Source: Hypanus sabinus
Lineage: Eukaryota
Direction of reading: 5' to 3'
DNA: 64,000 nucleotides
Assembly (NCBI RefSeq): GCF_030144855.1
Contig: NC_082707.1
Coordinates: forward strand, 150,970,001 to 151,034,000
Positions 27,061-40,400 of this stretch are shown one piece after another; position 1 is the first letter of the stretch, and the number at the start of each line of letters is the position of its first letter. A program made the position numbers and the translations under genes. The notes beneath the pieces were generated by a model. It saw only the letters and a program-made list of their open reading frames with translations. It searched no databases and was not told the DNA's origin.

Positions 27061-27489
27061 TCATAATCCTGTTTAATGTCTCTCTGTCGATGTTAAGTTG
27101 CACTTGAAGATCTGTGTACGGTTCTGGTTCATAATACTCCTACTCCTAACTTGCACCTTAAGGTCTCTTTGTACAAAAAGATTTCAAAGTTCTCTGCCAC
27201 TTACTGTGTATTTCCTGCCAGCACTTTGCCTCCTAAGATACAGTACTTGATTAACACACTGATCTAATCCTGAGTGCAATATTTTAGAAAAAAATGTAGT
27301 ATGTTTAAACAGAGTGATTAAAATGATTTGGAATGTTTGATTCTGTGTATAGACTGCAACTGAAAAGGTTGAAATAAAAGTATGAATGATATAGTCAAAG
27401 TAGATAGAAGATTTTGTCATTAGCAAGAACCAGAGGGTATAGAAAGTAGCTGGTTGGGAAAAAAAATACCTGAAATAAAATGAGGAAAA

Positions 27490-27720
27490 CACATTTTACA
27501 CAGAAAGTGGTTAGTTGACTACTAGAGTTAGGGATAGAAGTGGATTAATTTATGATATTCCTAAGAGAGCTGCACATAAAATGGAAAGGAACAATTTTCA
27601 GGGATCTGTGGGTGAGTGCAGTAGGATAGTTTTATCTGGATCTTAGTTGCACTAAGCTGGAGTTGACTTGATGGTCCAAATGGGTGACTGTATTTTTCTA
27701 CTAAGTTCCTATGTGTGTTT
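27490..27720 (+). mobile_element. CR1 3' fragment
   Basis: 'ttttacacagaaagtggt...gatggtccaaatgggtgactgta'. Confidence 0.5.
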
Positions 27721-27899
27721 AATCTATTGATCTCACTCTTTGACATTCTTCTTTGGCATTCCTTTAGTATTAAGGTTGAATTACTTATGCTCAAGTGTTT
27801 TTGGTTTAGAAATGACTGAGAAGGCCAACATGGGGTGTATGGTCTACAAGATAGTGAGCTCTTTCTTCTGTATATTTTGTGTGCACTCAGCACCTTGGA

Positions 27900-28330
27900 C
27901 GTAAGTTCTCAGTGCCATCCTCAATAGTCCTCATTTTGAGCAATCATGCACCATGAACCAAGGAATTTGAGGGGTCATTAGGATGTTTGACATTTCTCAA
28001 GGAAGCTTTTAGAATATCTTTGAATCTTTTCCTTTCTGAGAGGTAACTAGTTTGAGTTATGTGTTATTGCTGGGCTGATGTCCTGGGAAAGAATGCAGAC
28101 ATAAGATTGTTTACCCTCCCACTGGATTTGGAGCATTTTGTGGAAACAACTTTGGTGATATCTTTCAAATGCCATCAGGTATTCCAAATCTCAGAAGTGT
28201 TTATATGCCACAGACCCTTGTAAAACAAATGTTGCTTCAGGTTCGAGATTTTTAGCTTTAAATACCATCCCTTCAGTAGGCCAAATGCTGTGTTGAGGCA
28301 CTGAAAACAAGATGTTTACTCTCAAGAATG
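27900..28330 (-). mobile_element. RTE-clade LINE 3' fragment
   Basis: Minus-strand 'YHQSCFHKMLQIQWEG' resembles the RTE C-terminal HQRCLRKILxIxW motif. Confidence 0.65.
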
Positions 28331-29699
28331 TACTGTGACCATGCTTCCTATGGAACATTTTGGGCCCTTGGGTGTTCACAATGCACCCAAAATGTAGGCT
28401 GCACGGAATGTGATTTCCAGACTTGTGTCATTCCCTTGGTCACTTAAGTCAGTGATCTTATGCTATGGGGAATCAATTATTTCTTCTTAACCTGTTGCTT
28501 GTTGCCATAGAATGTTGTTTGCTAGACAAAGAAGAAGTCAAAAACTACAGACATGTAATGAGAAATTTCCATGATTCTCATGCAGCTGGTAGATTATCAG
28601 ATATCAATTCTCTAAAATAAATTCCATTTCAGAATTTTCATTTTTATAGTAAAGATCTGAATAAAAATTGAAAATATTCTCAACTACTCAACTGTTTCCA
28701 AGCATGCATCTGTTCTTTCCTAAATGATTTTGATCTGCAATTTTGTACATGGTCAATTGCTAGTATTTACATCAGCCTTTCAATAAGCACGAGTATTATT
28801 TTGTCTAAGCCAAACAATCCACAAAGCTTTTCCCTTCTAGTTTTGATAATGAGTTCTCACTAAGGATTATATTTTCCAGAAAACAAAATCCTATTGGTGT
28901 GGAATACATGCGTCACTTTAGGGTCACCAATTCCACTATAAAATTCAAAATAATAACTGAAGAAATGCAAAATAATAAATGCTGTCAAAATTGGCCCTGT
29001 GTTACATGCCAAAGTTCTATTACCATTTTACATTTCTCATTTGCTAAATCTAGAATCCACTAGATGGAAGACAGTTGCACATTGCATTTTGTGTACAGTA
29101 TATGCCATGTGTTTAGAGTAATATTTCAGATTAATGATTAACACAAAAAACATTGCAACATTAATAAAATTTTTAACCAAATGTTGCCTGCATATCCATA
29201 ATAATAGGCTTAGGCTGCCAATTATTTGATTGAATGTGCTTTCTCAGCCAAGATCTCCTCTATGAATATCAGGAAGTAAATAAGGATTATTAATGAAAGG
29301 ATGGGCTACGTATGTCATTTTTGAGTTTAATCCTGATTCCCATAATCATATTTCTATTTGTTTATATTTATGCAGCCATCAAAGCAATCAGTAATTCTTC
29401 ATTTTAATTTCAGCTAATGTTATGCAGACTTCTGTGTTAATTAAATAAAGAAAGTATTAGAAATTGTTTTAGCTTTGTGCAAAAATCAAGCGGATTTAGT
29501 ATCCTGGAAACATGATAGTGCCCTGAAGGTGGAAGACCCATGATGAATCATCTTTTTCCCATCTCACTATTGTCATCAATGTTTCTCCGTGGTCCTCTAG
29601 TAGCATCCATCCGAAAACAAAATTGGATGTGATGGGAGAATGACCAAAATGGTCATTATTGCAGCACTACCATAACATTCTAGGATATCTGTTGCAGTA

Positions 29700-30400
29700 C
29701 ACAAAACGCAGTGCAATATCTCCACTTACTCAGAAGTTTCTGCAGATTCACCATGTCATTAAAACTGTAACATGCTTCTATGGATGTACAGTGGAGAGTA
29801 CACTGATTGGTTGCATCACAGCCTGGTATGGAAATACCAAAGTCCAAGAACGGAAAAGCCCACAAAAAGTAGTGGATACAGCCCAGTATATCACTGGAAA
29901 AGCTCACCCATCATTGAGCAAATCTAGAAGGAACACTTCCACAAGAAAGCAGCATCCATCATCAAGGACCTCAACTATCCAGATTATGCTCCCTTCTACA
30001 GGAGCCTTAGGTCGCACAGCAGTAGGTTCAGAAACAGTTATTACCCTCAACCTTAAGTGCCCTGAACCTGCATGGATAATTTCACTCACCTCAACACTGA
30101 ACTGATTCCAAACCTATGGACTCATGTTCAAGGACTCTACTACTCATGTTCTCAGTGTTATTTATTTATTTATCTATCTATCTACCTATCATCTATCTAT
30201 TTATTTATTATTATATGTTTTTATATTACAATTTATCTTCTTTTGTACATTGGCTGTGTGAAAGTTTTTGTGTGTAATTTTTCATTAATTCTATTGTGTT
30301 TTATTGTTTTACTATGATAGGCCTCAAAAATATGAATCTTGGGGTAGGATATGATGAAATATACATACTTTGATAATTGGTTTACTTTGAACTTTGTAAT
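29700..30400 (+). mobile_element. Rex1/Babar LINE 3' fragment
   Basis: 'FYGCTVESTLIGCITAWYGN..QKVVDTAQYITG'; 3' tail 'tactttgaactttg'. Confidence 0.85.
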
Positions 30401-30627
30401 TTGAAAAACAAATTCTAAGCACAAGTATTTGTCCAAATAAATTACATTTGAATGAATTGTTCAGATATTATGTTTTTGGTAGCTTGGGCATTACCAGTTT
30501 TGGAAAATGTTTTAAATAATCAGGAAAAGGCAGGCTATTTACAAAGAGACCAACAAATGCGTGAATCTATTTGAAACAATTCAAACCCCAATTCTGTAAT
30601 GAATTATTCTTGAATCAATATTACTTT

Positions 30628-31201
30628 TGTAACCCTTAGGCTCGCCCAGCTCTTGTTCATCTAGGGGAATCAGCCTTCAGCCCCACCAAACAGGGTAATC
30701 ACGTTTGTGTGGATGCTGTGTACCCCCAGTTACAAGCCCACAATGCAAAATATCAGACCGTACACCATATGCAATCAAATGATTGAAATTTATGAATCTT
30801 AATCTGAGTATAGGGTTAGTAATGAAAATAAAATAAAATCAAGTCAAAGTCACATTGGTGTTCACTCAGTTGTCATTCTTCCACCATCGATCTCCTCTGA
30901 GTGTCATCGACCTTCAGACCCTCAGATCCCAGTCCACTCCATCTGGGGGTCTACCAGCTCTCACCACACACGTCCTCCCTCTTCCTCTCCCCTCAACAAA
31001 AGACCGTGAAAACAACATCCTTCCAGATACACAAGACAAAACACCAATCTCCAGTTGGCTGACATGAATGTTACAGTTCTGTTATCTCCAGCCATGAACT
31101 AAACATTGCTGCTACAGAGAAAACATTACCTCAGCAGTGAACATTACAGAGAAGCCATTACATAAGCCTTAGCAGTGAAACATTACAAAGATGCCATTAC
31201 A
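30628..31201. mobile_element. Solo LTR
   Basis: TGTAA...TTACA termini; flanks cttt / cttg (4-bp TSD, one mismatch); internal tandem units 'agcagtga(a)acattaca...gccattaca'. Confidence 0.65.
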
Positions 31202-31891
31202 CTTGCAATTGCTCAAAAATCAGGAGAAGATAGGTCCATGTCATTCATGAGAAATTATCTAATTTTCTTTGAATATAAATGTAATTGTTTTCGGGGTTAG
31301 CACGTATAGCAAATAACTTCAGCCACCAATCTTCAGATCTGAATATGAACAGTAGGTTAAATGTAACATGCAACTCTAAACCATGTGTTCCTAAGAACTG
31401 TGAACCACAGTTAATTGAAAGACCAGACAATGCTGATTTAAATTTATTATTGGAGGGTCTGTAGTGTGAGTGCAAAGAGGGAGATGTAAAGGTTGCATGT
31501 AGTTCAAAGGAAGCATTGTGGACACATTGTAAACATGGAAGTGTACTAGATTGTCCATTGATCTTAAGCATATAAAATGTCAAGTAGTGTTGGGTCAAAC
31601 AGACCTACTTCCTGTGAAAGGGTCTCCATATGATTCCTGCTGTGTCTCATTTTCTTGGATAAAGAGACTGCTTTATACCTACTAGTACCTCTGTCTGGTG
31701 GCTTCGTTCATGTGATAACATTTAGGAGCTCATCCAGGATGCTTTTCTGACCCATTGTGCGGTCAGTGATCTCAGCTGTCTAAGTGGGTGAGTACGTTAA
31801 TATTAATACTCACACTTGCACCTGTTTAAGGTGGCTCTGAGATAGCTAGGCATTACGAACATAGCGGAGAGCTGAACCGGTAGATATAAAA

Positions 31892-31915
31892 GTGTGTGTG
31901 TGTGTGTGTGTGTGT
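31892..31915. repeat. (GT)12 microsatellite
   Basis: Direct reading. Confidence 0.95.
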
Positions 31916-32435
31916 ACGTTAAGAGACTAAACATTTTTCTTAGCGTTTTACATTCAGTGTTATAAAATGAGGTAGATGCATGAAATGTGATATAGAATGA
32001 GCTGTAGCTCCTTGGAAATCCAATCAAATAGTTCATGACAATTAGAAAACCACTTATGGATGGTTCAGAAGCATTAATTCTTTTAAGCAAGACAGTGTTC
32101 ACTTGAGCTTAGAATTCAGAATATATTTGCTGAATCTGAACTGAAAGTTTACTTTTCATAATCTGATGGAGCAAAGCTAAATCTTGTTGAGCCGGAAATA
32201 TCCCCATGTTTTAACATTTGAAAATATTTACTCCTTACACAGACGGAAAGCAGGCAGGAAAAATAGGAATTACAATGGATGTAATCACTCAATTACAAAA
32301 ATGGAAGTATTCAATTTGCCAGCATGGCTTCTTACTATATTTTTTGAAACAGTTCTACCACAAGTCAAATTAAAATCACAAGAAATAAAAGAAAACATGA
32401 GTTGAATATCTATATAATATCTTTGAACTTTTCAG

Positions 32436-32703
32436 ATATATGACTTTCTTGTCAAGGAAAGCAGACCTAGTTGAAAGTACAATACCTTGCTTAGGAAGAC
32501 TGACAATCATAATTGGAGATGGTTCTTTGACTTCCTGCCAGGCGCATTCTATTCTGCCTTGTGGCTAATGCCTGATGTACATCATACTCAGGCACCATTA
32601 GTTTTACTCTACTGAAAGAGCTCTCATCTTTGCATTAGCAAACTGCAAGATCCAGATCCAAACAGGAATTATGGCTGCCATTACTGTTGCCTTAGATGAG
32701 AAG
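32436..32703 (+). other. Candidate exon (5' UTR + ATG at 32671, MAAITVALDEK)
   Basis: ttttcag| acceptor, AAG|GTAAAT donor, attATGG Kozak context, unique sequence; no homology recognised. Confidence 0.25.
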
Positions 32704-34733
32704 GTAAATTAAAGCACTTTCCAATTTATTTAATTGAATGTATAAGATATTTTTTTTTTTAAAAAAAGCAGAGCCCTTCTTCATTATGTTGGACAACATT
32801 TTCTCTCTGAACAGCAACATCAAAATGATTGGCTGGTTATTTGTATTCTATTATATTCTCTTTGCCAACTGTTTAATATTGTATATGTTCCTTGAGAATA
32901 AAAACTGTGGAAGTGAAATAAAAACAGAAACTGCTGGAAAATCTCAGCAGAGCAGGTTGCATCTATACCAAGAAAATGTTAGTATTTCTGTTCTGTTCAT
33001 CTGAAGTGAAGTCTTTATTTCCAGTGCAGAAAGCAAAACTTCCATTGAACTTTTAAAATCATTAATTAATCTCTCTTCAAATTCATACATATCTCTGTTT
33101 AGTGTGCAAATATTAGTATGGTTAAAACAGAAAGCATCTGAATATTGATTTAGTTTTCTTGGCACATATTTTTCAAATAGCATTAAGAATCATTGCCTAG
33201 TAAGTGGTTGACAGCTGTAAAATCACGTTAATTTGTCATCTTGCAGTACACACTTGTTGAAGGGTGTGCCACAGATTGTACTATACAGTGTCAATGCTTC
33301 TGAAGACAGCTCCTGGCAGGACATTTTGGGATAATATTTTCCTGCATGGTTCAGGGTCAAAACTATAATCATGATTGTTTAATCAGGCTTTTTTTCAACA
33401 TCGACTTTATTCTGGGGTCAGTACACTACACAAAGAATCTATGGACTATTCCCAGAAGAGTGAATTTCACTTTTAAGGCATATGGTGTTAAATAATATTC
33501 AAAAGTACCAAAGATGCCTGGTTATAACTACCCAGATGAGATGAGAAGGCTTTTGAAATTATAATCCTGAGTGATAATCTGATGCCATCAACTAAACAAT
33601 CAAGGAGTCTGAGTGCATAAACATACGGAGAGTGTTTCTGGTGGGGTTTGATGAGAAAGAATAAGAGGACTTTGAGTGAAGCTTAAACACTAACATGGGC
33701 TCAATGTTCTGGTGCACAGTTTGTATATTTTATGTAATTCCCTTGGTTTTGGTCTGCCTACCTCATCCAATAAGTAGAAGAGGTTTGTATCTTCAGTAGA
33801 AATTTCGTAAGACTTTGCACAACAAAACAGCACAGGAACACCACATATGAAACTGAGAAAAAAAAATATTGTCTCCAAGGGCATACTACTTGAGAAAGTA
33901 ATTATAAACCTTTACACTAAATTCACTCCAAATACATCACAAGAAGATCCATTGGTTGCAACCTTCTAGGCTTCAGTCTTATTTCGAAGAGTTTAACGGT
34001 AGATATTGAGATGGTATTATGTTAGCTGACCACAAAGTACTAAACACAAGTGAAGACTGTAAACCCAATTGGATATAAATAAATAATAAATACTCTCACT
34101 AAAGGGAGATTATATTGTAACCAATCTTCAAACATTAGTTTACTTCCCTGTTCATTCTCCATCGTGAGTTTAACTCCCAATACCCACTAGTCAAGCAGTG
34201 GTTCCCCTCTCCCTGCCAGGGAGAGGATACTTCCAGCTAACAAAGTAGTTTAAAACACTGTTCATTTATTTACAGTGATAGACATTTAAATCCACACAAC
34301 TCTCTTAATACACATTTAAAACTTGCAGAGGATTTCTATTTTAAACACTTCCCAATTCGTACAGAGGATCTCTAGCTTGTCTTGAATCATTAAATCATTA
34401 TCTTCAATCTTGAAACATTATCAAACATTTCCAAATGACAAACCATTTCTATAACACAAATCATTTCCAAATCCAAAAGACTTAAGCATTTCTTAAACAC
34501 AAAGGATAAAGCATAAATCAAAAAGAACATGGATTTCCAAGACTCAGATATAATTCCTATAAACTAAAAAGATATGCCAAAGATGCAGAAAGACTGAAGC
34601 TGGAGGAATGGATTATAGTTCATTCATGTTCCTGAATGCTACTTTACTCATTCCTAATAAGTGTGAACTGTTGTCTGTATTCATACCTTTTAAACCACTT
34701 GAGTGACTTCACAAGCATGTGATATTTCCTCAG

Positions 34734-34925
34734 AACACACACAAAATGCTGGAGGAACTCAACAAGCCAGGCAACGTCCATGGAAAAGAGTAAACAGTCA
34801 ATATTTCAGGACGAAACCCCTTCATCAAGACACTTTTCCACAGATTCTGCCTTGCCTGCTGAGTTCCTCCAGAAAATTGTATGTGTTGTTTCAATATTCC
34901 AACATCTGCACATTTTCTCTTGTTT
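34734..34925. mobile_element. Penelope-derived fold-back mini-element (subfamily A)
   Basis: Inverted arms 'ctggaggaactca' / 'tgagttcctccag'; hammerhead-like motif on the minus strand at 34795-34831; 15-bp TSD gt(g/a)atatttc(c/t)tcag. Confidence 0.85.
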
Positions 34926-35723
34926 GTAATATTTCTTCAGTTATCTTTTTAACACCAACAGTTTAAAAACATCTTTTGGAGACATTGATCTTAGCTAGCT
35001 ACCATTAATGCTGCATTGCTAGCTTCTTTGAGTGCATAAGCATTTCAAACTATAAACATATCAGTTATTAATATGCTGAATGATATTATCCATCTGTTCT
35101 ATGAGCTTCCTTGAACTAATCAACTTAAGAGACAGCTTGTCTGTTTGAAACAACTCAAATTAAACAGCCCATTGTCTTATACTCTACCCTTGAGCAATAA
35201 TAAAGCAGGTGCAGTGACTCTTTACAGACAGATCATCTTCAAAATACATAGCTTATTTGCAAAGCTGTTCTATAAAGAGTGCTTTTCATTCACATTTTTT
35301 AAGAACTGAACACTTACTTCCATTTATGATCAGAAGTTAAACAAACTGTTGAAAGTTTACTTACAACTGTTTCACTTTACATGATGATGTGTTTAGGAAA
35401 CAATGTTAAGCAAAAAAAAATCAAGAAGTAAATGTCTAACACAATAGAAACAGATCTACTATCCTTTATAAAGTAGTCATCAGTACTGACAGGACTTGTC
35501 AATTCATAATTTCATAATAATTTTTCATAGTGTCACCAGGTGTAGCAGATTTCTGGCCTTACTGCTGGGAAGAGTTTCTTTTGTATTCTGTGACATATAT
35601 AGAAATATGTTATGTAGGATAATTAGTTCATTACATGTGTTTGTGTGGCTTGCTGTCCAATTTAACAATGTTAGTGTGAATTTCTGTCACTGCTGCAGAC
35701 CCATAACTCACTGGTCTTGACTC

Positions 35724-38172
35724 TGTAATTATATGTGTACATAATAAAAAACTTCAGTTCCCAGCATGCAATATGGGGCAGTTCAGCAGGAAACTGGAAA
35801 GGTGTTGGTGAACTGGGAAAACGTGCTTAAGTGCAGAGCTGGAAGCCATAATTGTTAACAAATGTGCTAGCCCACAGAAGATTTGTGTTTTTATCAAGAA
35901 AAAATATACCTTGTTAGGAAAGAGACACTACGCTGCGATGTAGAAATGTTGCCAGCACACTGCCTTGAAGAAATTGAGGTGAAAGCCTAAAAATCCCCTC
36001 AATGGATAAAGTAAGTCCTCCCACAGCTATGCTGTTTACCAGCAACCTAACTGATACATGGAAATTCTTCAATCAGTGATTCAATATATATATGCCAGTA
36101 AGTAGATCTGGAGGCGCCGAGGGAAAATTGAAATTTATTTTTCTACACATAATTGTCAAAGGTGCTTTGTACATCTACAATACCTTTCAAATTGATGCGA
36201 AGAGAATTTGAATTGGACACCCTGATGACAATATTTGAGGAGTATTTTGACTCATGTAAAACATTGCATTTGAAAGATATAAATTCTTTTCCTGTGAATA
36301 GAAATAAGGTGTCAGCTTTGACCAAAACTTAGCTGACCTTTACACACTGAGTAAATCCTGAATTTGGAGATTTGAGATACTCACTAGTCAGAGACAAAAT
36401 AGTTTGTGGAATCCCAGATATGGACTCAGAGATAGATGGCTCCATGAAAAAGATTTAATACTAGAAAGAACTGTGAGTATTTACGGAGCAGTGGAGACCA
36501 CATGAGCACAAGCTAAGGAGCTGCACAGAGCAGAAACAACAGAGCATATCATGAAAACAGAGTGACAGAGCACAAGGCATTTCCCAAATCAACAGCAAAA
36601 CAAAGAGGTAAGCTCAAACAGCAAATGCAACAAAGATGGAGGTAGGCACATCCCAAAGACGTGTCCTGCTCAGGGAAAGTCCTGCAATAGTTATAGGAAG
36701 AAGAATCATTTTACGAAGAGCTCAAAACTGGGGCTACCATGAGGAAGGTGCACACTTCTGGTGAGGAAATTGTGAAAGTTTTGTAGATTCTCGGCAGACT
36801 GCTGGTGCTGGTAAGACAGAATAGATTGTTCCAGTGACTGTGAATGAGACAGTAATTCCATTCAAGTTGGACATCAGATCCCAGGTGTTGTCCATCAATG
36901 ATTACAAGACTCTCAAAGTAAAGAGCAAGATTTACCCAGTGACGTTTAAAGTACCTGGCTATTTTGGACAGAATGTTCCAGTAAAATGAGGCTGTATAAT
37001 GACCTTCAGGCACAAGGGACAGCACCTAATGGCACAGCTGCCAAATACTGAAAAGCGAAGACAGCCAGTACAAGGTCTGACTGCATACAAAAGGCTTAAC
37101 GATTTTCACCATGGCTTCACAGACCAAAGATGATTAGGCAACATTCAAGAATGAATACACAGATGTCTTTGAGGTGCTTGAATGCTTACCTGATGTAACT
37201 TGAGAAATGTGTAACATAATCCTTCAGAGCCACAGAGAGGTTATGCAAGGACAAGAACTTTACCTTCTTTAGACATCCATACCAAGCTACACTGCCATGA
37301 CATTCAGGATGCTTGTGCTAAACAAAGAGAACATGAAGAAGAAGTCACCAGTCTTGCTTCCACGTCATGCAGGTTTGGGTCAAAATCTGTCTCTCAAATA
37401 CTTCCAGTTAGAGAATAGAAATCAGAAATATCCTCTCCAAAGTTGAAGAGGGAAAATAAAAAGGAAGCTGGGGAGACCACACAGAACCAAAGGCCAGAAA
37501 GCAGCAACCATTCAACATAATTCAACAGGAAAAGTTGTTATCTATGATACACAGTCAAGGAGCTCCGCAAATTGAGACAAATTCAGTGGAACCTTTGCAA
37601 AGACTCACTGATCACCTGGATGTAGTTCAGGGCTCCATTGCAAGGCACATGGAGTGAATTATGGTCACACAGCAGGAACCAAAACAGATGAGCAGGTAGG
37701 ATCTTGGCAGAAAGATATAAAAGAAATGAACACCAAGGTCAAAATTCTCAAATGTACACTGGTATTAATGTAACAAGTGAAATCAAGCCATCTGTGACCA
37801 AAAGAGATCAGTAAGGCACCACAGAGATGGATTGAGAGTGGCTGAGAGAATGGGGTGCTGTATTTGCTCATTACAATTGAAGTTAATGTAACTATCTGTG
37901 TTGGAAAGCATTATGGCTTCTTACAGTTTTATGAGTACATAGTATTGCGCTTTTTTTTGCTTTAAAGGGGAAGATCTGTTTTATGCGTGTACACAATAAA
38001 GAACTTTAGTTCCTAGTTTGCAATGCAGGTATTTCTGCTGGAAATGGAAGGACATTGGTGAACCGGAAGCATGCGCTAAAGTGTTAATCTAGAAGCAATG
38101 ACAGTTAATAAATCTGCTAACATTTGAAAACCCATTTATAGTTTGTCTTCTTTCAAGAATAAACATAACTAT
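35724..38172 (+). mobile_element. Gypsy LTR retrotransposon (provirus C), heavily deleted
   Basis: Similar LTRs ~35724-35910 and 37977-38172; PPT aaaggggaaga at 37964-37974; gag start 'MDKVSPPTAMLFTSNLTDTWKFFNQ' at 36002; knuckle 'CPAQGKSCNSYRKKNHF'; protease 'IPFKLD'. Confidence 0.8.
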
Positions 38173-38354
38173 GACTGTTAATAATAATTCCATTGGTTAC
38201 TGACTCATGCTGATGAAATGATTTCAGTAATATATTAGCTATGGGTTAGTATCTGATCATTGGTGTCTGTGCACTCATTGTGATTAATTGTTTGTTTTTT
38301 TTGCTGTATCTCACTCAGACTTGATAATCATGAGCTAAATTAATTTTACTGTTT

Positions 38355-39180
38355 TGACAGATTAGGAATATGGGCAAAGAAGAGGCAGATTGAATATAGT
38401 GCCGGGAAGTGTGTGGCCTTGCACATTAGTTGAAGAAATAAAGACATAAATGATTTTCTAAATGGGGAGTGAATTAAGAAATTGGAACTGCAAGGGGACT
38501 TAGAAGTCCTAATGAAGGATTCACTAGGAATTAGGTTGCAGATTGAGTTGTTACTAAATAAGGCAAGTTCAATGATAGCAATAATGTCAAGATGACTAGA
38601 ATATAAAAGCAACAATGTAATGTTGATGCCTCATAGGACATTGGTCTGACAACTTTTGGTGTATTATAAGCAGTTTTGGTCCCCATAATGAAGAAAGGAC
38701 GTGCTGGCTTTGGAGGGGATTCAGAAAAGTATATGCGATTGATTCCAGGAATGAAATAGTTAACAAATGAGGAGCATTAGATAGATCTGGGCCTATACTC
38801 ACTGGAGTTTAAGAGAATAAGGGGACATTTCATTGAAACTTACTGAATATTGAAAGGCCAAGATCAAGTAGACATGTAGAGAGTATTTCTATTAGTGGGA
38901 GAATTTAGGACCAAAGGCAGCGAATAGAAGAATGCACTTTAGAACAGAGACAAGGTGAAATTTGGTGAATCTGTATAATTCATTACCACACATGGCAGTG
39001 AATGCCTAATGTTTGAGTATACTTAAAGCTGAGGTAGGTTCTTAATTAGTAAGGCTGTCAAAGGGAAGAAGGCAGGAGAATGAGGTTGAGAAGGACAATA
39101 AATTAACCAAGATTGAATGGTGGAGTAGACTCAATGGGTCAAATAGCCTAATATTTCTCCTAAGTCTTATGTTCTAATGA
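38355..39180 (+). mobile_element. CR1 3' fragment
   Basis: 'RLGIWAKKRQIEYSAGKCVALH' and a CR1 3' UTR ending 'cctaagtcttatg'. Confidence 0.85.
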
Positions 39181-40400
39181 TCTTTGAAATATTTCTGTAA
39201 TTTACAAAGATAAAACAGAGCACTAATCGGAACATGTTTTGGATAATGGGTTCATAGATCTGTGAAGAGATTTGAAGGAGACCTGATATTTTTTTAGGTT
39301 TCAGACATACTTAAGATAGTTATAATAGAAAATACACTGAATTAACCAAAGGTATATTTTCTGTTGTATATTAGGAATAGCCAACTAATCCAAAATTGAA
39401 TACTGTTCATCCTTCAAACCACAACACGGAGCTGAAAAATCAGAAATAATAATTCCAAAGCTCATTTTGTTGTGTTTTTAAGACAACAGTTGTTAGAAAT
39501 TATTCTGTTATTCCTAATCTTCTAGGGCCACTTTATATTTCTTTCTTCCTTGGTATCATCTTTGTCATTTAAGCTTTCCTTTTCCCCTTTCATTGCAATT
39601 CTCCTTTCTTTCCCTGCCTCTGTCATTCCATAAAACCTTGTGAATCTCTAATCATTCTGAACTCCAGTCAAAGAGCATCAACCTGCAGCAGTTAACTATG
39701 CTTCTCTCTCCGTGAATGCAACTTGTTTCACAAGTTCTAGCATTTAGCATCTTGATTGAAAAGAAAACTTTTTAATAGCAAAATGGTTAGTTTTGGAAAT
39801 CATAATTCTTCAGGTTTCAATCAATGAATGGAGTACCATTCTTGTGGCTTACTAGTATCACTGTACATTAGGAAATGTTCACTCCAATGAATTATATGTT
39901 GACAATTTGCATAATTTATTTTTTCATCAGAAAATAATTTCTTTATCCTATTACTAGGCAACACATCAGCCATGCTTGCATGTACAAAGGTTAACAGCAA
40001 CCTACTATTGAGATACCAGAATATTCAAGTTCCTCATTGAATGGTACATGTAATAGCCTTTTATACAGCTACATGTAATCACAAAAGTTAATGCTCCTTC
40101 TAGTTAACTTGCTTCAAAATGCTTGCTTTCATTAATAATTCAAGAGGACACAAAATCTTCTCTGTAAAGCAATTTCCATTTTACTTTTAATACACAAAAA
40201 TCTTTTTATCTTCCAACACATAGCTTGCCATCTACCTAGTGCTGTAATGTTTCTGGGAACATATATTTTCCATTAAACCCTCATCAAAATTAAAGACTAT
40301 TGATGAAACCACAAAAAGAAAAAAAAAATCTGGATTACTCTAAGAACATTCAAGGCAACTCTTGGAAATATACTGTTCTTCATTCAAACCTGTTGGTTGG

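Noticed and set aside
31105-31201. CRISPR-like spaced repeats
   Set aside because: Short imperfect tandem units inside a solo LTR of a vertebrate genome; no unique spacers or cas genes.
34116-34456. Possible additional solo LTR (TGTAA...AACA)
   Set aside because: No matching TSD and the right end cannot be fixed from sequence alone.
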